64,000 nucleotides of DNA from Patescibacteria group bacterium. Its GTDB lineage: Bacteria > Patescibacteriota > Microgenomatia > Levybacterales > UBA12049. The notes below the pieces were generated by a model. It did no database searches. It worked only from the letters and a program-made list of their open reading frames with translations, and was not told the DNA's origin. Each line of letters starts with the position of its first letter. Position 1 is the stretch's first letter. The position numbers were made by a program, and so were the translations under genes. The DNA lies in the NCBI GenBank assembly GCA_026004395.1, contig BPJB01000001.1:777226-841225 (forward strand), read 5' to 3'. Of the stretch, positions 10,542 through 20,574 are shown in pieces.

Positions 10542-10871
10542 TTATAATGCCGCCCTTGATCCCATTGGGCCCATGAGGTGAATATGAAGATGATCAATCT
10601 CTTGAGCACCACCACCATTAATAATAACTCTGTAGCCTTTATCCGAAATCTCAAATTTACTGATCAATTGTTGAGTAACTTGCAAAAGCTTCGCCAGTAA
10701 TAAAACATCATCTACTGCTATAAGCTCAGGGATATGACGTTTAGGTACAATTAATACATGAACAGGTTTTACAGGATTTATATCCTTAAAAGCCATTATC
10801 TCATCATCGTTATAAAGAAAATCTTTTGATACTTCGCCTCGTGCTATTTTGCAGAAAATGCAGTTTTCCAT
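10542..10871 (-). CDS. HIT-family nucleotide-binding protein
   Basis: CIFCKI and HLHIHL histidine triad. Confidence 0.95.
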   Translation of the reverse strand: MENCIFCKIARGEVSKDFLYNDDEIMAFKDINPVKPVHVLIVPKRHIPELIAVDDVLLLAKLLQVTQQLISKFEISDKGYRVIINGGGAQEIDHLHIHLMGPMGSRAAL

Positions 10872-10924
10872 AAGGCACTCTCAAAATCACTAAAATTATA
10901 AATTTTAGACCTATTGTTAGTATC

Positions 10925-11830
10925 TTAGTATAAACTTTTTAAAACATCAACAATCTGAGAAAGTGTTAATTTAGTTGGAATCATATTAGGATTTTTAGGT
11001 GTTCCATTTAGAAGCATTTTTTTGGATATGTGAAGATACCACGTGGCATCAGGATCTATCTTTGAGAGTTTCTCATAAGCATGTGTCAGATCAATATCGT
11101 CTTTCTCGCTTGATGCAGGCCTGACCTTTATCCGTACATAACCTTTTCGGGGATCCTTCCGAACTACGAGCAAATACCCCATTTTTTGTGCCAATTTGAG
11201 CACAGAATCGTTGACGGTCTCAAAGGCTATACCTTTTCCGCTTTTTAAGTTAAATTGAATTCCTCTCTCAGCTATTTCTTTTTCTGCCCAAATACGATTT
11301 TCAAATTCGTGAATAAGAGCATCCAAACACTGAATACCAAATGACATATAAAGATCGTCATTGTCAGGATGTGCAAGTTTAAGACCCTCAAGTACACCAA
11401 TTAGAGAGAATTCATGATAATCTGCAGTTGGATTGTCCCAAAAAACTTCTCTAAAATGATCTATCTGGACAATTACCTTAATTATCCTGTCTACAGCTTG
11501 AATATGTTCAGCAGTCATGGTAGTTCCTGTTTGTTGGAATTGATTTTTAATATAATCCCAAGTTAAACTTGCTGCACAAACAGTTTTTTCTGCTGTTTGA
11601 TGGTGATCAAGAGGAAGAAGTCCTGTGTCTACATGAATTAACTCATCCTCCTCAACAGTTACAATAGGCTCATAAGGAACTTCTTTGAGTTTTCTTAAAC
11701 GAGGGCTTCTCTCCCCTGCTGGAACAAACTCAACTTTTGCTTCCTGCCATCCTGAAAGGTACTTTTTTATCAGCCAGACACTTCCTATAGCATCCCAATC
11801 AGGAGCTGTATGAGTAACAATAATTTTCAT
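10925..11830 (-). CDS. DHH-superfamily phosphoesterase-like protein
   Basis: THTAPDWDAIGS, HVDTG and LDHHQ motifs; likely start MKIIVTH at 11830. Confidence 0.65.
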   Translation of the reverse strand: MKIIVTHTAPDWDAIGSVWLIKKYLSGWQEAKVEFVPAGERSPRLRKLKEVPYEPIVTVEEDELIHVDTGLLPLDHHQTAEKTVCAASLTWDYIKNQFQQTGTTMTAEHIQAVDRIIKVIVQIDHFREVFWDNPTADYHEFSLIGVLEGLKLAHPDNDDLYMSFGIQCLDALIHEFENRIWAEKEIAERGIQFNLKSGKGIAFETVNDSVLKLAQKMGYLLVVRKDPRKGYVRIKVRPASSEKDDIDLTHAYEKLSKIDPDATWYLHISKKMLLNGTPKNPNMIPTKLTLSQIVDVLKSLY

Positions 11831-11973
11831 GCTTGAAGTATAGCTGACTATTGACATTACTTCAATCCCATCAACTTACAGAAAAAGTAACAGTCGTAAC
11901 AATTCTCACCTTGACAAACACCCTAATATCTTGGATTATAAAATTAGTAACTTATCGAAAAGACTATAAAAAT

Positions 11974-12462
11974 ATGGATCCTAATAAAAATCTAAATACA
12001 CTTGATCCAAAACTGAAAGAGGTTTATGAAAGAGTTATGGGAACAAGTACTCCCATTAACTCATCTCCTCAAACACAACAGCAACAATCCTCCCCACCTC
12101 CATCACCTGCTATCCCTGCACAACAACCTACAATCCCCCATCCACCTTCTTCTAATGCAAAAACTACACCGACTCTTAATGACAAACCCATAATTAATTA
12201 CGCAGCAATAACAGCAAAACCCTCCTCTGACCATTCTGCGCCAAAAATCTTTAAACCATCCGAACCACAAACTACATCCTTTGGTGTGGTGAATACTGGA
12301 AATGAAAAATCAAAACAAGAAGCTGTCGATACTGAAAATAAAAAGTCGAAAATAAAGATGATATTATTATTAATCTTGATACCCTTATTTCTTATAGCTT
12401 ATACTTTTGTGTGGATTATAATCTTCGGAGTTGATGTTATGAGTATTATCTCTAATAAATAA
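11974..12462 (+). CDS. Hypothetical Pro/Gln/Ser-rich protein with C-terminal TM helix
   Basis: MDPNKNLNTLDPKLKEVYERVMG start, low-complexity middle, hydrophobic C-terminus. Confidence 0.75.
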   Translation: MDPNKNLNTLDPKLKEVYERVMGTSTPINSSPQTQQQQSSPPPSPAIPAQQPTIPHPPSSNAKTTPTLNDKPIINYAAITAKPSSDHSAPKIFKPSEPQTTSFGVVNTGNEKSKQEAVDTENKKSKIKMILLLILIPLFLIAYTFVWIIIFGVDVMSIISNK

Positions 12463-12497
12463 AACTACTTTAAAACCTGCTACAAGTTTTGATCAGT

Positions 12498-13760
12498 TCA
12501 GTTATTACTTGACAACAATCGTTTGATTACCTCTTCTATAGTGATAACTTCAGTTTTGTATTCAGATCGTTTTTTCCACTCAATAAAATACTTGTTTACT
12601 TTTTGTAAACCCTCGGAAATAGTTTTATGACTGACGACAAGTCTAACTGGAATACCAATAAGATCAGCATCAGCAAATTTTTGACCAGGATTTACGTCTT
12701 CTCTATCATCGTATAATACTTCAATACCTGCATCTTTTAATCTCTGATAGACTTCTTCTATTGTTTGTTTTATAAACTGATCGCTATTCATTAGCCCAAC
12801 TAAGTGGACTTGATAAGGTGCAACTGATAGAGGCCAAATAATGCCTTTTTCATCATGTGATACCTCAACAATTGTTCCCATAACGCGCGTTGGACCTATA
12901 CCATAACTCCCAAACCATATCGGTTTTCTGCTCCCATCCCGATCTGTAAAATACGCTCCCATTTTTTCAGAGTAAAAAGTACCTAATGGAAAAATATTCC
13001 CAACTTCAATCGCTTGAGCTGATTGGATAGATGTATCTTGAAGTTCTTGCTCAGTCATGACTTCCTTATTCTTGGCGAACTTCCATTCATCTTTCCAATA
13101 AATTGTATCCTCACCCTGCGGGCAAAGAACTTGAAATTCGTGTGTATGCTCCTTAGTGAAAACTCCTCCTGAAGCTTCGGTAATTTTGGCATCAAGACCC
13201 ATTCTCTGAAAAGCCCTGATATATGCATCTGCTACTTCCCAATAGTATTTCATCAAATCTTCTTTGCTTGTATGGGCACTATAAAGATCTTTCATAAGAA
13301 ACTCCCTACCTCTAAGAATACCTGATTTTGCACGTGGTTCATTTCTAAACTTTGTTGAAAAATGATAAATTTTTACTGGAAGATCTTTATAGGAAGTAAC
13401 GTGTTTGCGTATAAGATCCATCACAATCTCCTCATGAGTAAATGAAAGCGCATACTCTCGATCATTCTTTTCAAACTGATACATCACTTCTCTTGCTTTA
13501 TCCCACCTTCCGGTCTCATTCCAAATTTCTTTAGGATGAAGAAGCGGCATAAGTATCTCTTGCGCGCCTGTTTTATTCATCTCCTCACGAATAATCTGTT
13601 CAATCTTACGCTCAACACGACGTCCCAGAGGTAAAAGAGTATATGATCCTGCCATTAACTTATCAATAAATCCAGCGCGGATCAACAACTTAGCATTGAT
13701 AGCGACTTCATCCTTAGGGGCTTCTTTGATTGTTTTTGGGAACAACTGCGAGTATCTCAT
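12498..13760 (-). CDS. proS: Proline--tRNA ligase (short form, no INS editing domain)
   Basis: FRNEPRAKSGILRGREFLMKDLYS, IEVGNIF, GSYGIG; 420 aa. Confidence 0.96.
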   Translation of the reverse strand: MRYSQLFPKTIKEAPKDEVAINAKLLIRAGFIDKLMAGSYTLLPLGRRVERKIEQIIREEMNKTGAQEILMPLLHPKEIWNETGRWDKAREVMYQFEKNDREYALSFTHEEIVMDLIRKHVTSYKDLPVKIYHFSTKFRNEPRAKSGILRGREFLMKDLYSAHTSKEDLMKYYWEVADAYIRAFQRMGLDAKITEASGGVFTKEHTHEFQVLCPQGEDTIYWKDEWKFAKNKEVMTEQELQDTSIQSAQAIEVGNIFPLGTFYSEKMGAYFTDRDGSRKPIWFGSYGIGPTRVMGTIVEVSHDEKGIIWPLSVAPYQVHLVGLMNSDQFIKQTIEEVYQRLKDAGIEVLYDDREDVNPGQKFADADLIGIPVRLVVSHKTISEGLQKVNKYFIEWKKRSEYKTEVITIEEVIKRLLSSNN

Positions 13761-13821
13761 GATTTATAATATAGCATGTTTTATCCATTACTCAAGCATC
13801 AATTATCTTTTTTTAGAGATT

Positions 13822-13901
13822 TTTTAGAGGTGAAACCTCTAAAAGCAATTTTCAGAGAAAAGATTGTCATTTGGGTCTAAATAGGGGTTAAACCTCTATT
13901 T
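13822..13901. repeat. Two short related palindromes (core GAGGTTNAACCTC)
   Basis: TTTTAGAGGT-GAA-ACCTCTAAAA (13822-13844) and AAATAGGGGTT-A-AACCTCTATTT (13879-13901). Confidence 0.55.
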
Positions 13902-14072
13902 TTGTTATGTTTAAAAATTTTCATCAAATCTAGAATATCTTTATATAGAAAATAATTTTTATAGAAGTCAAAGATTCACCACAAAAAACTTGCAAATAAA
14001 AAATTTATTAGAGTTAAGGGCACTTCAGAAGTGAACACCGATTCAGTATAAGAAGACAACTAAAAAATAAAA

Positions 14073-15008
14073 TTATTTTTTATGAACTATATGTCCACCA
14101 AATTCATGTCGAAGAGCAGCTATCAAACGCGCTGCTAATGAATTACGAACGTTATCTTCTTTTTTTGAACGGTAACGAAAAGTAAGTGCTTGTTCGATAT
14201 TTTCAATAGGCACTCCCTCTTCCTTAGCCTGTGTCACTGTCCACTCCGCCTCACCTGTCGCATCTATAACACCATCTATCTGTGAAAGTGTTGGATCTTT
14301 CTCCAGCGCATTTTTTGCACACTCCATTAAAAAGCTTGTGATTATTGTTCCTCTCTGCCAGAGTTTTGCTACTTTGACAAGATCAATATTATAAGGAGAC
14401 TTCTCTAGTACGCCAAATCCCTCTCCTATGGCTTGCATCATCCCGTATTCAATACCATTATGGACCATTTTCACAAAATGTCCTGCACCACCCTCACCAA
14501 AATACTCATAACCTCCATGAGGTTTTATCAATGTTTCTAATAACGGCTTTATTCTATTGAATCCTGATATGTCTCCTCCTATCATAAGCGGATATCCATT
14601 CTCAGCTGCTTTTATACCTCCGCTTACACCTATCCCAAGATAACTAATCCCTTTCTGTTGAAAATATCTGAATCGTTTTTCTGTATCTTTATAATAGGAA
14701 TTTCCTCCATCTATAAGGATATCTCCTTTTTCAATATATCTATCGAGTTCTCCGATTACACTCTCTGTTGCTTCACCAGCAGGTAGCATTAGCCAGATAA
14801 TACGGGGAGGCTGAAGCTTATAGACCAAACTTTTGATACTTTCTGCAGATGTTAAATAATCAGCAAGCTTTTTCTCTGCCACTACAAAGCTAAAATCATC
14901 TACAACACTTTTTGTTCTATTCCATACCACTACAGTATGACCGCCCAAAAGCAGCTTCTCTACCATTCTCTTACCCATTTTTCCTAGGCCAACAAAACCA
15001 ATCTGCAT
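14073..15008 (-). CDS. gnd: 6-phosphogluconate dehydrogenase, decarboxylating (short form)
   Basis: GLGKMG, IDGGNS, GAGHFVKMVHNGIEYG, ALRHEFGGH. Confidence 0.96.
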   Translation of the reverse strand: MQIGFVGLGKMGKRMVEKLLLGGHTVVVWNRTKSVVDDFSFVVAEKKLADYLTSAESIKSLVYKLQPPRIIWLMLPAGEATESVIGELDRYIEKGDILIDGGNSYYKDTEKRFRYFQQKGISYLGIGVSGGIKAAENGYPLMIGGDISGFNRIKPLLETLIKPHGGYEYFGEGGAGHFVKMVHNGIEYGMMQAIGEGFGVLEKSPYNIDLVKVAKLWQRGTIITSFLMECAKNALEKDPTLSQIDGVIDATGEAEWTVTQAKEEGVPIENIEQALTFRYRSKKEDNVRNSLAARLIAALRHEFGGHIVHKK

Positions 15009-15191
15009 ACTGTTATGCTAGCATTATTCTCCTGCAAGCTCAAGAAAGATCTAGATCCATCTTTACCTCAAACTACAGACTATTTGTACAGAAAAATCAC
15101 AAATCTACTAACTTACTTAACTAACAAGTAGTATTTATCCTTTTATTCAAGATGCAATTTTGTTTTCTTTGTGTACATAGATTTATTTTTC

Positions 15192-16655
15192 TTAAAGCCA
15201 ATATCTACCATCTCTTTTAATAAGATCATCAGCTTCTTTAGGACCTTGCGAGTTATCCTCATAGAGTATAAGTGGAGTTTTATATTCATCCCATCCTTTA
15301 AGAATATTTGTTATAAACTGCCAGGAACTTAATAACTCATCTGTTCTATTAAAAAGCATTTGTTCACCCGAAAAAATATCCAGAAGTAGCTTTTCATATG
15401 CATTTTTACCATCTTGCCCAAAATAATCACGATAGCTAAAATTCATTTGTACAGGCTCAAGAGCTAACGTCGACTGTGGTTTTTTGACGATAAAGCGCAT
15501 GTTAATGCCTTCGTCAGGTTGAATACGAATAGTAATGACATTGCCGATCTCTGGACATCCATATTCTTTAAAAAGAATATGACATGTTTGAGTAAAAACT
15601 ATACTAATTTGTACAAGATCCTTATCTAATTTTTTTCCTGTTTTGGCATATATGGGAATCCCTTCCATACGTTCCGTGTTCATAAAAAACTTCATTGCGA
15701 CAAATGTTTCTGTTTGTGAATGAGGATCAACATCTTTTTCTTGCCTATAGCTTCTATACTGTCCTCTAACCACCATTTCTCCTACTTTTTCAGGATCAAT
15801 GCACTCAATTGCTTCTATTGCCTTTGCGCGTGCATCACGAACGTCTTCTTTTGTAAAGGATCTAGGTTGTTCCATAGTTACAGCAGCAACTAACTGAAGA
15901 AGGTGATTCTGAGCAACATCACGAAGATTTCCAACACCATCATAAAATTTACCGCGTTCCCCAATTCCATTTTTCTCACTGAGGATTACTTGAATATGAT
16001 CTATATATCTTCTGTTCCAAACAGGCTCAAAAATACCATTCGCAAAACGAAACGCTAGCATATTCTGGACATTTTCTTTTCCTAAATAATGATCAACACG
16101 AAAGATTTGCCGTTCTTCGAATATTTCAGCAAGTTTGCGATCGAGCATCTTTGCCGTCTCAAGATCTTTGCCAAAAGGTTTTTCGATAGCAATTCGTGTA
16201 TACTGTCTACCGTCTTCCTGCAACTTACGCGTTGGAAAATGCAAAGTGCACCCTTGTGTAAGTTGAGTTGCTTTAAGATGATCAAGAATTATCTCGTAAT
16301 TATCAGGAGGAGTAGCTAAATAAAAAATCCTTATTGCGCATACTTTGTTTTTATCTATCGCATTCAGCTTCTCAATCAACTCACGATATCCTGAATCTTC
16401 CTCAAACCTCCCATGCTGGTAATACAAATGAGTAGCAAACTCCCTCCACTTACTCTGATGATACGTATCATTAGAGTAAACGAATGCGAGCTTGCGAAAT
16501 TCTTCGTCTGTTAAATCACGCCGGGAAAATCCAAAAATAAAAAAATCAGATGGAAGAACACCCTGCATAAAAAGCGAAAATAGGGCTGGAATTAATTTGC
16601 GCCTGGCAAGATCTCCTGTGGCGCCAAAGATAACAAGAATAAAAGGTGAAGTCAT
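15192..16655 (-). CDS. zwf: Glucose-6-phosphate 1-dehydrogenase
   Basis: GATGDLARRKL, EKPFG, RVDHYLGKE, RDVAQNHL. Confidence 0.98.
   Translation of the reverse strand: MTSPFILVIFGATGDLARRKLIPALFSLFMQGVLPSDFFIFGFSRRDLTDEEFRKLAFVYSNDTYHQSKWREFATHLYYQHGRFEEDSGYRELIEKLNAIDKNKVCAIRIFYLATPPDNYEIILDHLKATQLTQGCTLHFPTRKLQEDGRQYTRIAIEKPFGKDLETAKMLDRKLAEIFEERQIFRVDHYLGKENVQNMLAFRFANGIFEPVWNRRYIDHIQVILSEKNGIGERGKFYDGVGNLRDVAQNHLLQLVAAVTMEQPRSFTKEDVRDARAKAIEAIECIDPEKVGEMVVRGQYRSYRQEKDVDPHSQTETFVAMKFFMNTERMEGIPIYAKTGKKLDKDLVQISIVFTQTCHILFKEYGCPEIGNVITIRIQPDEGINMRFIVKKPQSTLALEPVQMNFSYRDYFGQDGKNAYEKLLLDIFSGEQMLFNRTDELLSSWQFITNILKGWDEYKTPLILYEDNSQGPKEADDLIKRDGRYWL
16450..16479. repeat. Copy A of the palindrome, in frame inside zwf
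   Basis: TTACTCTGATGATACGTATCATTAGAGTAA; 14 of 15 positions pair; encodes YSNDTYHQS of G6PDH. Confidence 0.9.
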
Positions 16656-16725
16656 GATTTAAAGTTAAAATTCAAAAATTATTTACTTTTCCCTCTTAAG
16701 TTTTCATTTAAGTTTTAATTTCATT

Positions 16726-17526
16726 TTACACTCTTCTATCAGTAATGAAAACTGTTTTTTCAGCTATTTCCGGAATTGTCAAAAAACGAGCGGGAACTTC
16801 CTCTTTTCTGCCTTCAGAGAACATGAGATCAATCGCATTTTGCTTTTCATCCCCAAAGACTAAAACAAGAAGGATATCAAGCATTGATAAACCAAGAAAT
16901 GTCATACTCACTCTCTCTTTAAATGGACCCTCCAAATCTGCAAAAAATGAAACAAATAAACTTTTCTGGTCAGAATTAAACATCGGATTGTAAAACTCTG
17001 CTTTATTGATAACACTTTGAGGAGAATTTAAAGGACGATTTCCGGCAATACCTGCTATATGTCCATCAACACCTATCCCCAATATACCAACACTTTTAGG
17101 AAAACCAGAAAAAAGATATCGGACAGTTATATCATAATTATCAGCTGTTCCTTTTAAGTCAAGATGCTCTTCTTGTAGAATTGGATAGAAAGGAATATTA
17201 TTCACTTCAAGATAATGAAGCAAACCTGTGTCTTGGATCATCTTCTCATTACTACTGTTATGTAATTTCTTTCCATACCTTTCATCAATTAGAGCAACTG
17301 CTCCAGGCAGAATTTTTCGATCATTGGCTAGATTTGCATACAAATCTTTTGGAGTTCTTCCGCCAGAAAGATAAAGAACAGTTTTTTTATCAACAATTGA
17401 ATATAAAAGCTCACGAGCAAGCTTGAATCCTTCATACATCATAGAAACTCTAAAGATAGTAATTCCGTCGCGTTGCGTAAAAATAATGTTATTTTCCTGA
17501 ATAAAATTTTTGATAGGATCAATCAT
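16726..17526 (-). CDS. pgl: 6-phosphogluconolactonase
   Basis: LSGGRTP, DER, LGIGVDGHIAG; adjacent to zwf. Confidence 0.85.
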   Translation of the reverse strand: MIDPIKNFIQENNIIFTQRDGITIFRVSMMYEGFKLARELLYSIVDKKTVLYLSGGRTPKDLYANLANDRKILPGAVALIDERYGKKLHNSSNEKMIQDTGLLHYLEVNNIPFYPILQEEHLDLKGTADNYDITVRYLFSGFPKSVGILGIGVDGHIAGIAGNRPLNSPQSVINKAEFYNPMFNSDQKSLFVSFFADLEGPFKERVSMTFLGLSMLDILLVLVFGDEKQNAIDLMFSEGRKEEVPARFLTIPEIAEKTVFITDRRV

Positions 17527-17604
17527 CTAAGTGTAGGTTATAACATATAATTTTTTTTAATCCTAGAGGGATACGCCTTTTCTAAAACAATACTTTCTCT
17601 TCTA

Positions 17605-18804
17605 CTAGAGTAAGAATTGGAAAATATCCTTAAATGTAACCAGAAGAATCAATGTCAAAAGTAAAGCCATTCCTACAGTATGTGCTAGAGCCTCGTACTT
17701 AGGGTTAATCTTTCTACCACTTATACCCTCAATCAGAATAAAAAATAGACGTCCGCCATCAAGAGCAGGAATCGGAAGAATATTAAAAAAGGCAAGTGAT
17801 ATGGAAAGCATACCAGCTAAATTTAACCACCCTAAGATTCTCTCCTTGATCTCAGGAAATTTACCAATATCACCCACGACGCTTATAATCCCAACAGGAC
17901 CAGAGACAGCAGTTCCCAAAGGCTCAGCACTTCTTTCTTGGATTGATATTGCAACCAGCTTTTTGAGTAAATCAAATTGATAGATAAAAAGGCTCAAAGG
18001 ATGAACTATCCCTGAAACCAAACGTTGAGTGAATGTATCGTACCTTACCACAAAATATTCATCCGCGCTAAACTGAATACCTAACGCTCCTTGATCCTTC
18101 GGAGGATTCTCACGAGGAATTATAACTTTCTCCATCTTTTCACCTGTTATTAAATCTGTAAATTCAAAGCGTAACTTTTCGCCCTTGTGCTCTTGAATGA
18201 AATTAGTGAAGGATTTAATGTCTTTTATAGGCTCTCCATTAACTTTTGTAATTGCCAGACAACTTTTTTCGGAACAGCCTGTTAGACCTGCTTTTTCTGC
18301 TGGAGAATTGGGAGCAATATTATTAATAATAAAACTTTTTACTTTTACCTCTTGATTAGCACCAATAAAAGTAAAATCCTTTGTACCTGGAAAAAGCGGA
18401 ATATTTGTCTTAAAACCTGAAATACCCAGAAAAATATAATAAATGAAAATTGCCAATAAAACATTCATGACTACTCCAGCAACTACTACCGCAGCGCGTT
18501 GTCTTACCGGACGTGTAAAAAAAGCTCGATCAAGATTTTTCTTGGGTAGTTTGGATTGTGGTATTTTGACTGCTCCAGCTCCTGCCTCATCCTCACCATA
18601 AAGCTTTACAAATCCTCCTATCGGAAGCCAATTAATAGAATAAATAGTCTCGCCTATTTTTTTGCCCCATAATCTAGGTGGGAGTCCGTAACCAAATTCT
18701 TCGACCTTGATATTGAACTTTTTTGCCATTATAAAATGACCAAATTCATGAATAAGAACAAGTAATGAAAGTATAAGTAAAAAAACAAAAGCAGTAAGGA
18801 GCAT
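17605..18804 (-). CDS. rseP: RIP metalloprotease RseP (M50 family, PDZ)
   Basis: HEFGH, PIGGFVKL, NILPIPALDGG; likely start 18804. Confidence 0.95.
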   Translation of the reverse strand: MLLTAFVFLLILSLLVLIHEFGHFIMAKKFNIKVEEFGYGLPPRLWGKKIGETIYSINWLPIGGFVKLYGEDEAGAGAVKIPQSKLPKKNLDRAFFTRPVRQRAAVVVAGVVMNVLLAIFIYYIFLGISGFKTNIPLFPGTKDFTFIGANQEVKVKSFIINNIAPNSPAEKAGLTGCSEKSCLAITKVNGEPIKDIKSFTNFIQEHKGEKLRFEFTDLITGEKMEKVIIPRENPPKDQGALGIQFSADEYFVVRYDTFTQRLVSGIVHPLSLFIYQFDLLKKLVAISIQERSAEPLGTAVSGPVGIISVVGDIGKFPEIKERILGWLNLAGMLSISLAFFNILPIPALDGGRLFFILIEGISGRKINPKYEALAHTVGMALLLTLILLVTFKDIFQFLL

Positions 18805-18927
18805 AATAAGAGTTAGATTATAACAAGAAAATAAGAAATAACGCAAATCCCAAACAATAAAATTAACTAAAATAACTCAACAAATTTGATATACTTCTGT
18901 TCTTCTTTTTGTTTGAGTAGTTATTGG

Positions 18928-19488
18928 TTATATTTGCATTAATTCTTCTTCTTTTTGTTTACCCATTGAATCAATTGTTTCCATTGTCTCATCAATTATT
19001 TTCTGTACTTCTTTTTCAAGACGGTGCATATCATCATCTGAGATCATTTTTTCCTCATGCATCTTTTTTATCTCTGTCATCGCATCGTGTCTAGCTTGAC
19101 GGATCATAATTCTGCCATTTTCTAATTTATGACGCATTAATTTTGTAAGCTCCTCACGCCTCTCTTGAGAAAGGGGCGGAATAGTAATACGAATAACACG
19201 ACCATCATCAACTGGATTTAAACCGGCTCCTGATTCCAAAATACCCTTGCGGATATCTTCACGTGTAGATTGATCAAATGGAGTAATAACTAATGTCTGA
19301 GGATCACTTGCTGAAATTGTTGCTAGCTCTAAAACCTTCAATTTTGTCGATCCGCCATATGTGACAATAGGGATATTCTCTACAAGACTCGGAGCTGCTC
19401 TACCAGTGCGCATAGTACCAAGATCGTGTTTAATCAAATCAAGTACCTTCTGAATTTGTTCCGTTAGATTTCTCAAAACGTCCTGCAT
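18928..19488 (-). CDS. frr: Ribosome recycling factor
   Basis: MRTGRAAPSLVE, IPPLSQERREEL. Confidence 0.97.
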   Translation of the reverse strand: MQDVLRNLTEQIQKVLDLIKHDLGTMRTGRAAPSLVENIPIVTYGGSTKLKVLELATISASDPQTLVITPFDQSTREDIRKGILESGAGLNPVDDGRVIRITIPPLSQERREELTKLMRHKLENGRIMIRQARHDAMTEIKKMHEEKMISDDDMHRLEKEVQKIIDETMETIDSMGKQKEEELMQI

Positions 19489-19532
19489 ATAAACATCAAG
19501 AATATTATACACTAGTCAGTGATAGATTCAAC

Positions 19533-20054
19533 TTAATCGTTATCTGTGGGCTCAATACCTCTGACTGGATTTAAGATAGCTTTTCTTACAGCTAACAAAA
19601 ACGGATTTTCACCTTTTGCAGACAAAGGAGGTTGCTGACGAAAAAGAACTTCTCCACCTGTTCTAATGACAACTTCTCCTGTTCTGACCAGTGCATCTAC
19701 AGCAAGATGATTAAACGAGCGACCACTATCTTCCTCTTTAAAATCCCATCTAAATGTTATAGTCGCTGCACCCATCATGCGATCTACAAAAAATCCACTT
19801 ATCTCCAAATCTGCAGGAATATCCTTTTGAACTATCCTCCCATCCTGATTTCGTGTTGTAAAGGAAAAAAATGCAGTCGCTAGGCGCTCCCTACTCTCTC
19901 TACCAACAATATCTCCATTAGGTTTTTCTGTTCCTAAAGTTAAACCAAAGGCATTTTTGAAAAGATTGCGGCCTATTGTTTCTACATGTTTTCTATAAAA
20001 TTCTTCTTCTTGTTCTCTATATTCTATATATCTTCTTGTATAATTTTCTACCAT
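19533..20054 (-). CDS. Hypothetical protein in the usual pyrH position
   Basis: ORF between tsf and frr with no UMP-kinase motifs. Confidence 0.65.
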   Translation of the reverse strand: MVENYTRRYIEYREQEEEFYRKHVETIGRNLFKNAFGLTLGTEKPNGDIVGRESRERLATAFFSFTTRNQDGRIVQKDIPADLEISGFFVDRMMGAATITFRWDFKEEDSGRSFNHLAVDALVRTGEVVIRTGGEVLFRQQPPLSAKGENPFLLAVRKAILNPVRGIEPTDND

Positions 20055-20092
20055 AATATTTAATCTGAAATGAAAATTGGAAAATAATTTAA

Positions 20093-20563
20093 TCAAATTT
20101 CATAACGGGTAAATTCCCGCAGAGTGATATTCTCTCCTAGTTTACCAATAACACTTTTTATAAGTTCTGAAACAGTCATTGATGTATCACGAATATACTC
20201 CTGTTTATAGAGTTCTTCAACAGTTTTAGGATTCATGGCAGCAATCTGCATACCCAACTCTTTCGCAAGATGTTTAAATTCATCTGTCTTAGCCACAAAA
20301 TCTGTTTCACAAAGTAGCACAAGAAGAACACCTACTTTTCCTCCATGATGTATATAGCAATCAACAATACCCTGAGATGTTACGCGATCAGTTTTCTTTT
20401 CTGCTTTTTCCAAGCCACGTTTCTTAAGCCATTCTTTAGCTTTCTCATAATCATTATTTGTCTCCTCAAGTGCCACCCTGCAATCAGCAATAGAGGCTGA
20501 TGTTTCTGATCGAAGTTTTTTAAGAAGTTCTATATTCGCTTGTTTCATATTTTTTAAATCCAT
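20093..20563 (-). CDS. tsf: Elongation factor Ts (short form)
   Basis: LKKLRSETSASIADCRVAL, LCETDFVAK. Confidence 0.96.
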   Translation of the reverse strand: MDLKNMKQANIELLKKLRSETSASIADCRVALEETNNDYEKAKEWLKKRGLEKAEKKTDRVTSQGIVDCYIHHGGKVGVLLVLLCETDFVAKTDEFKHLAKELGMQIAAMNPKTVEELYKQEYIRDTSMTVSELIKSVIGKLGENITLREFTRYEI

Positions 20564-20574
20564 AAAGAATAAAT

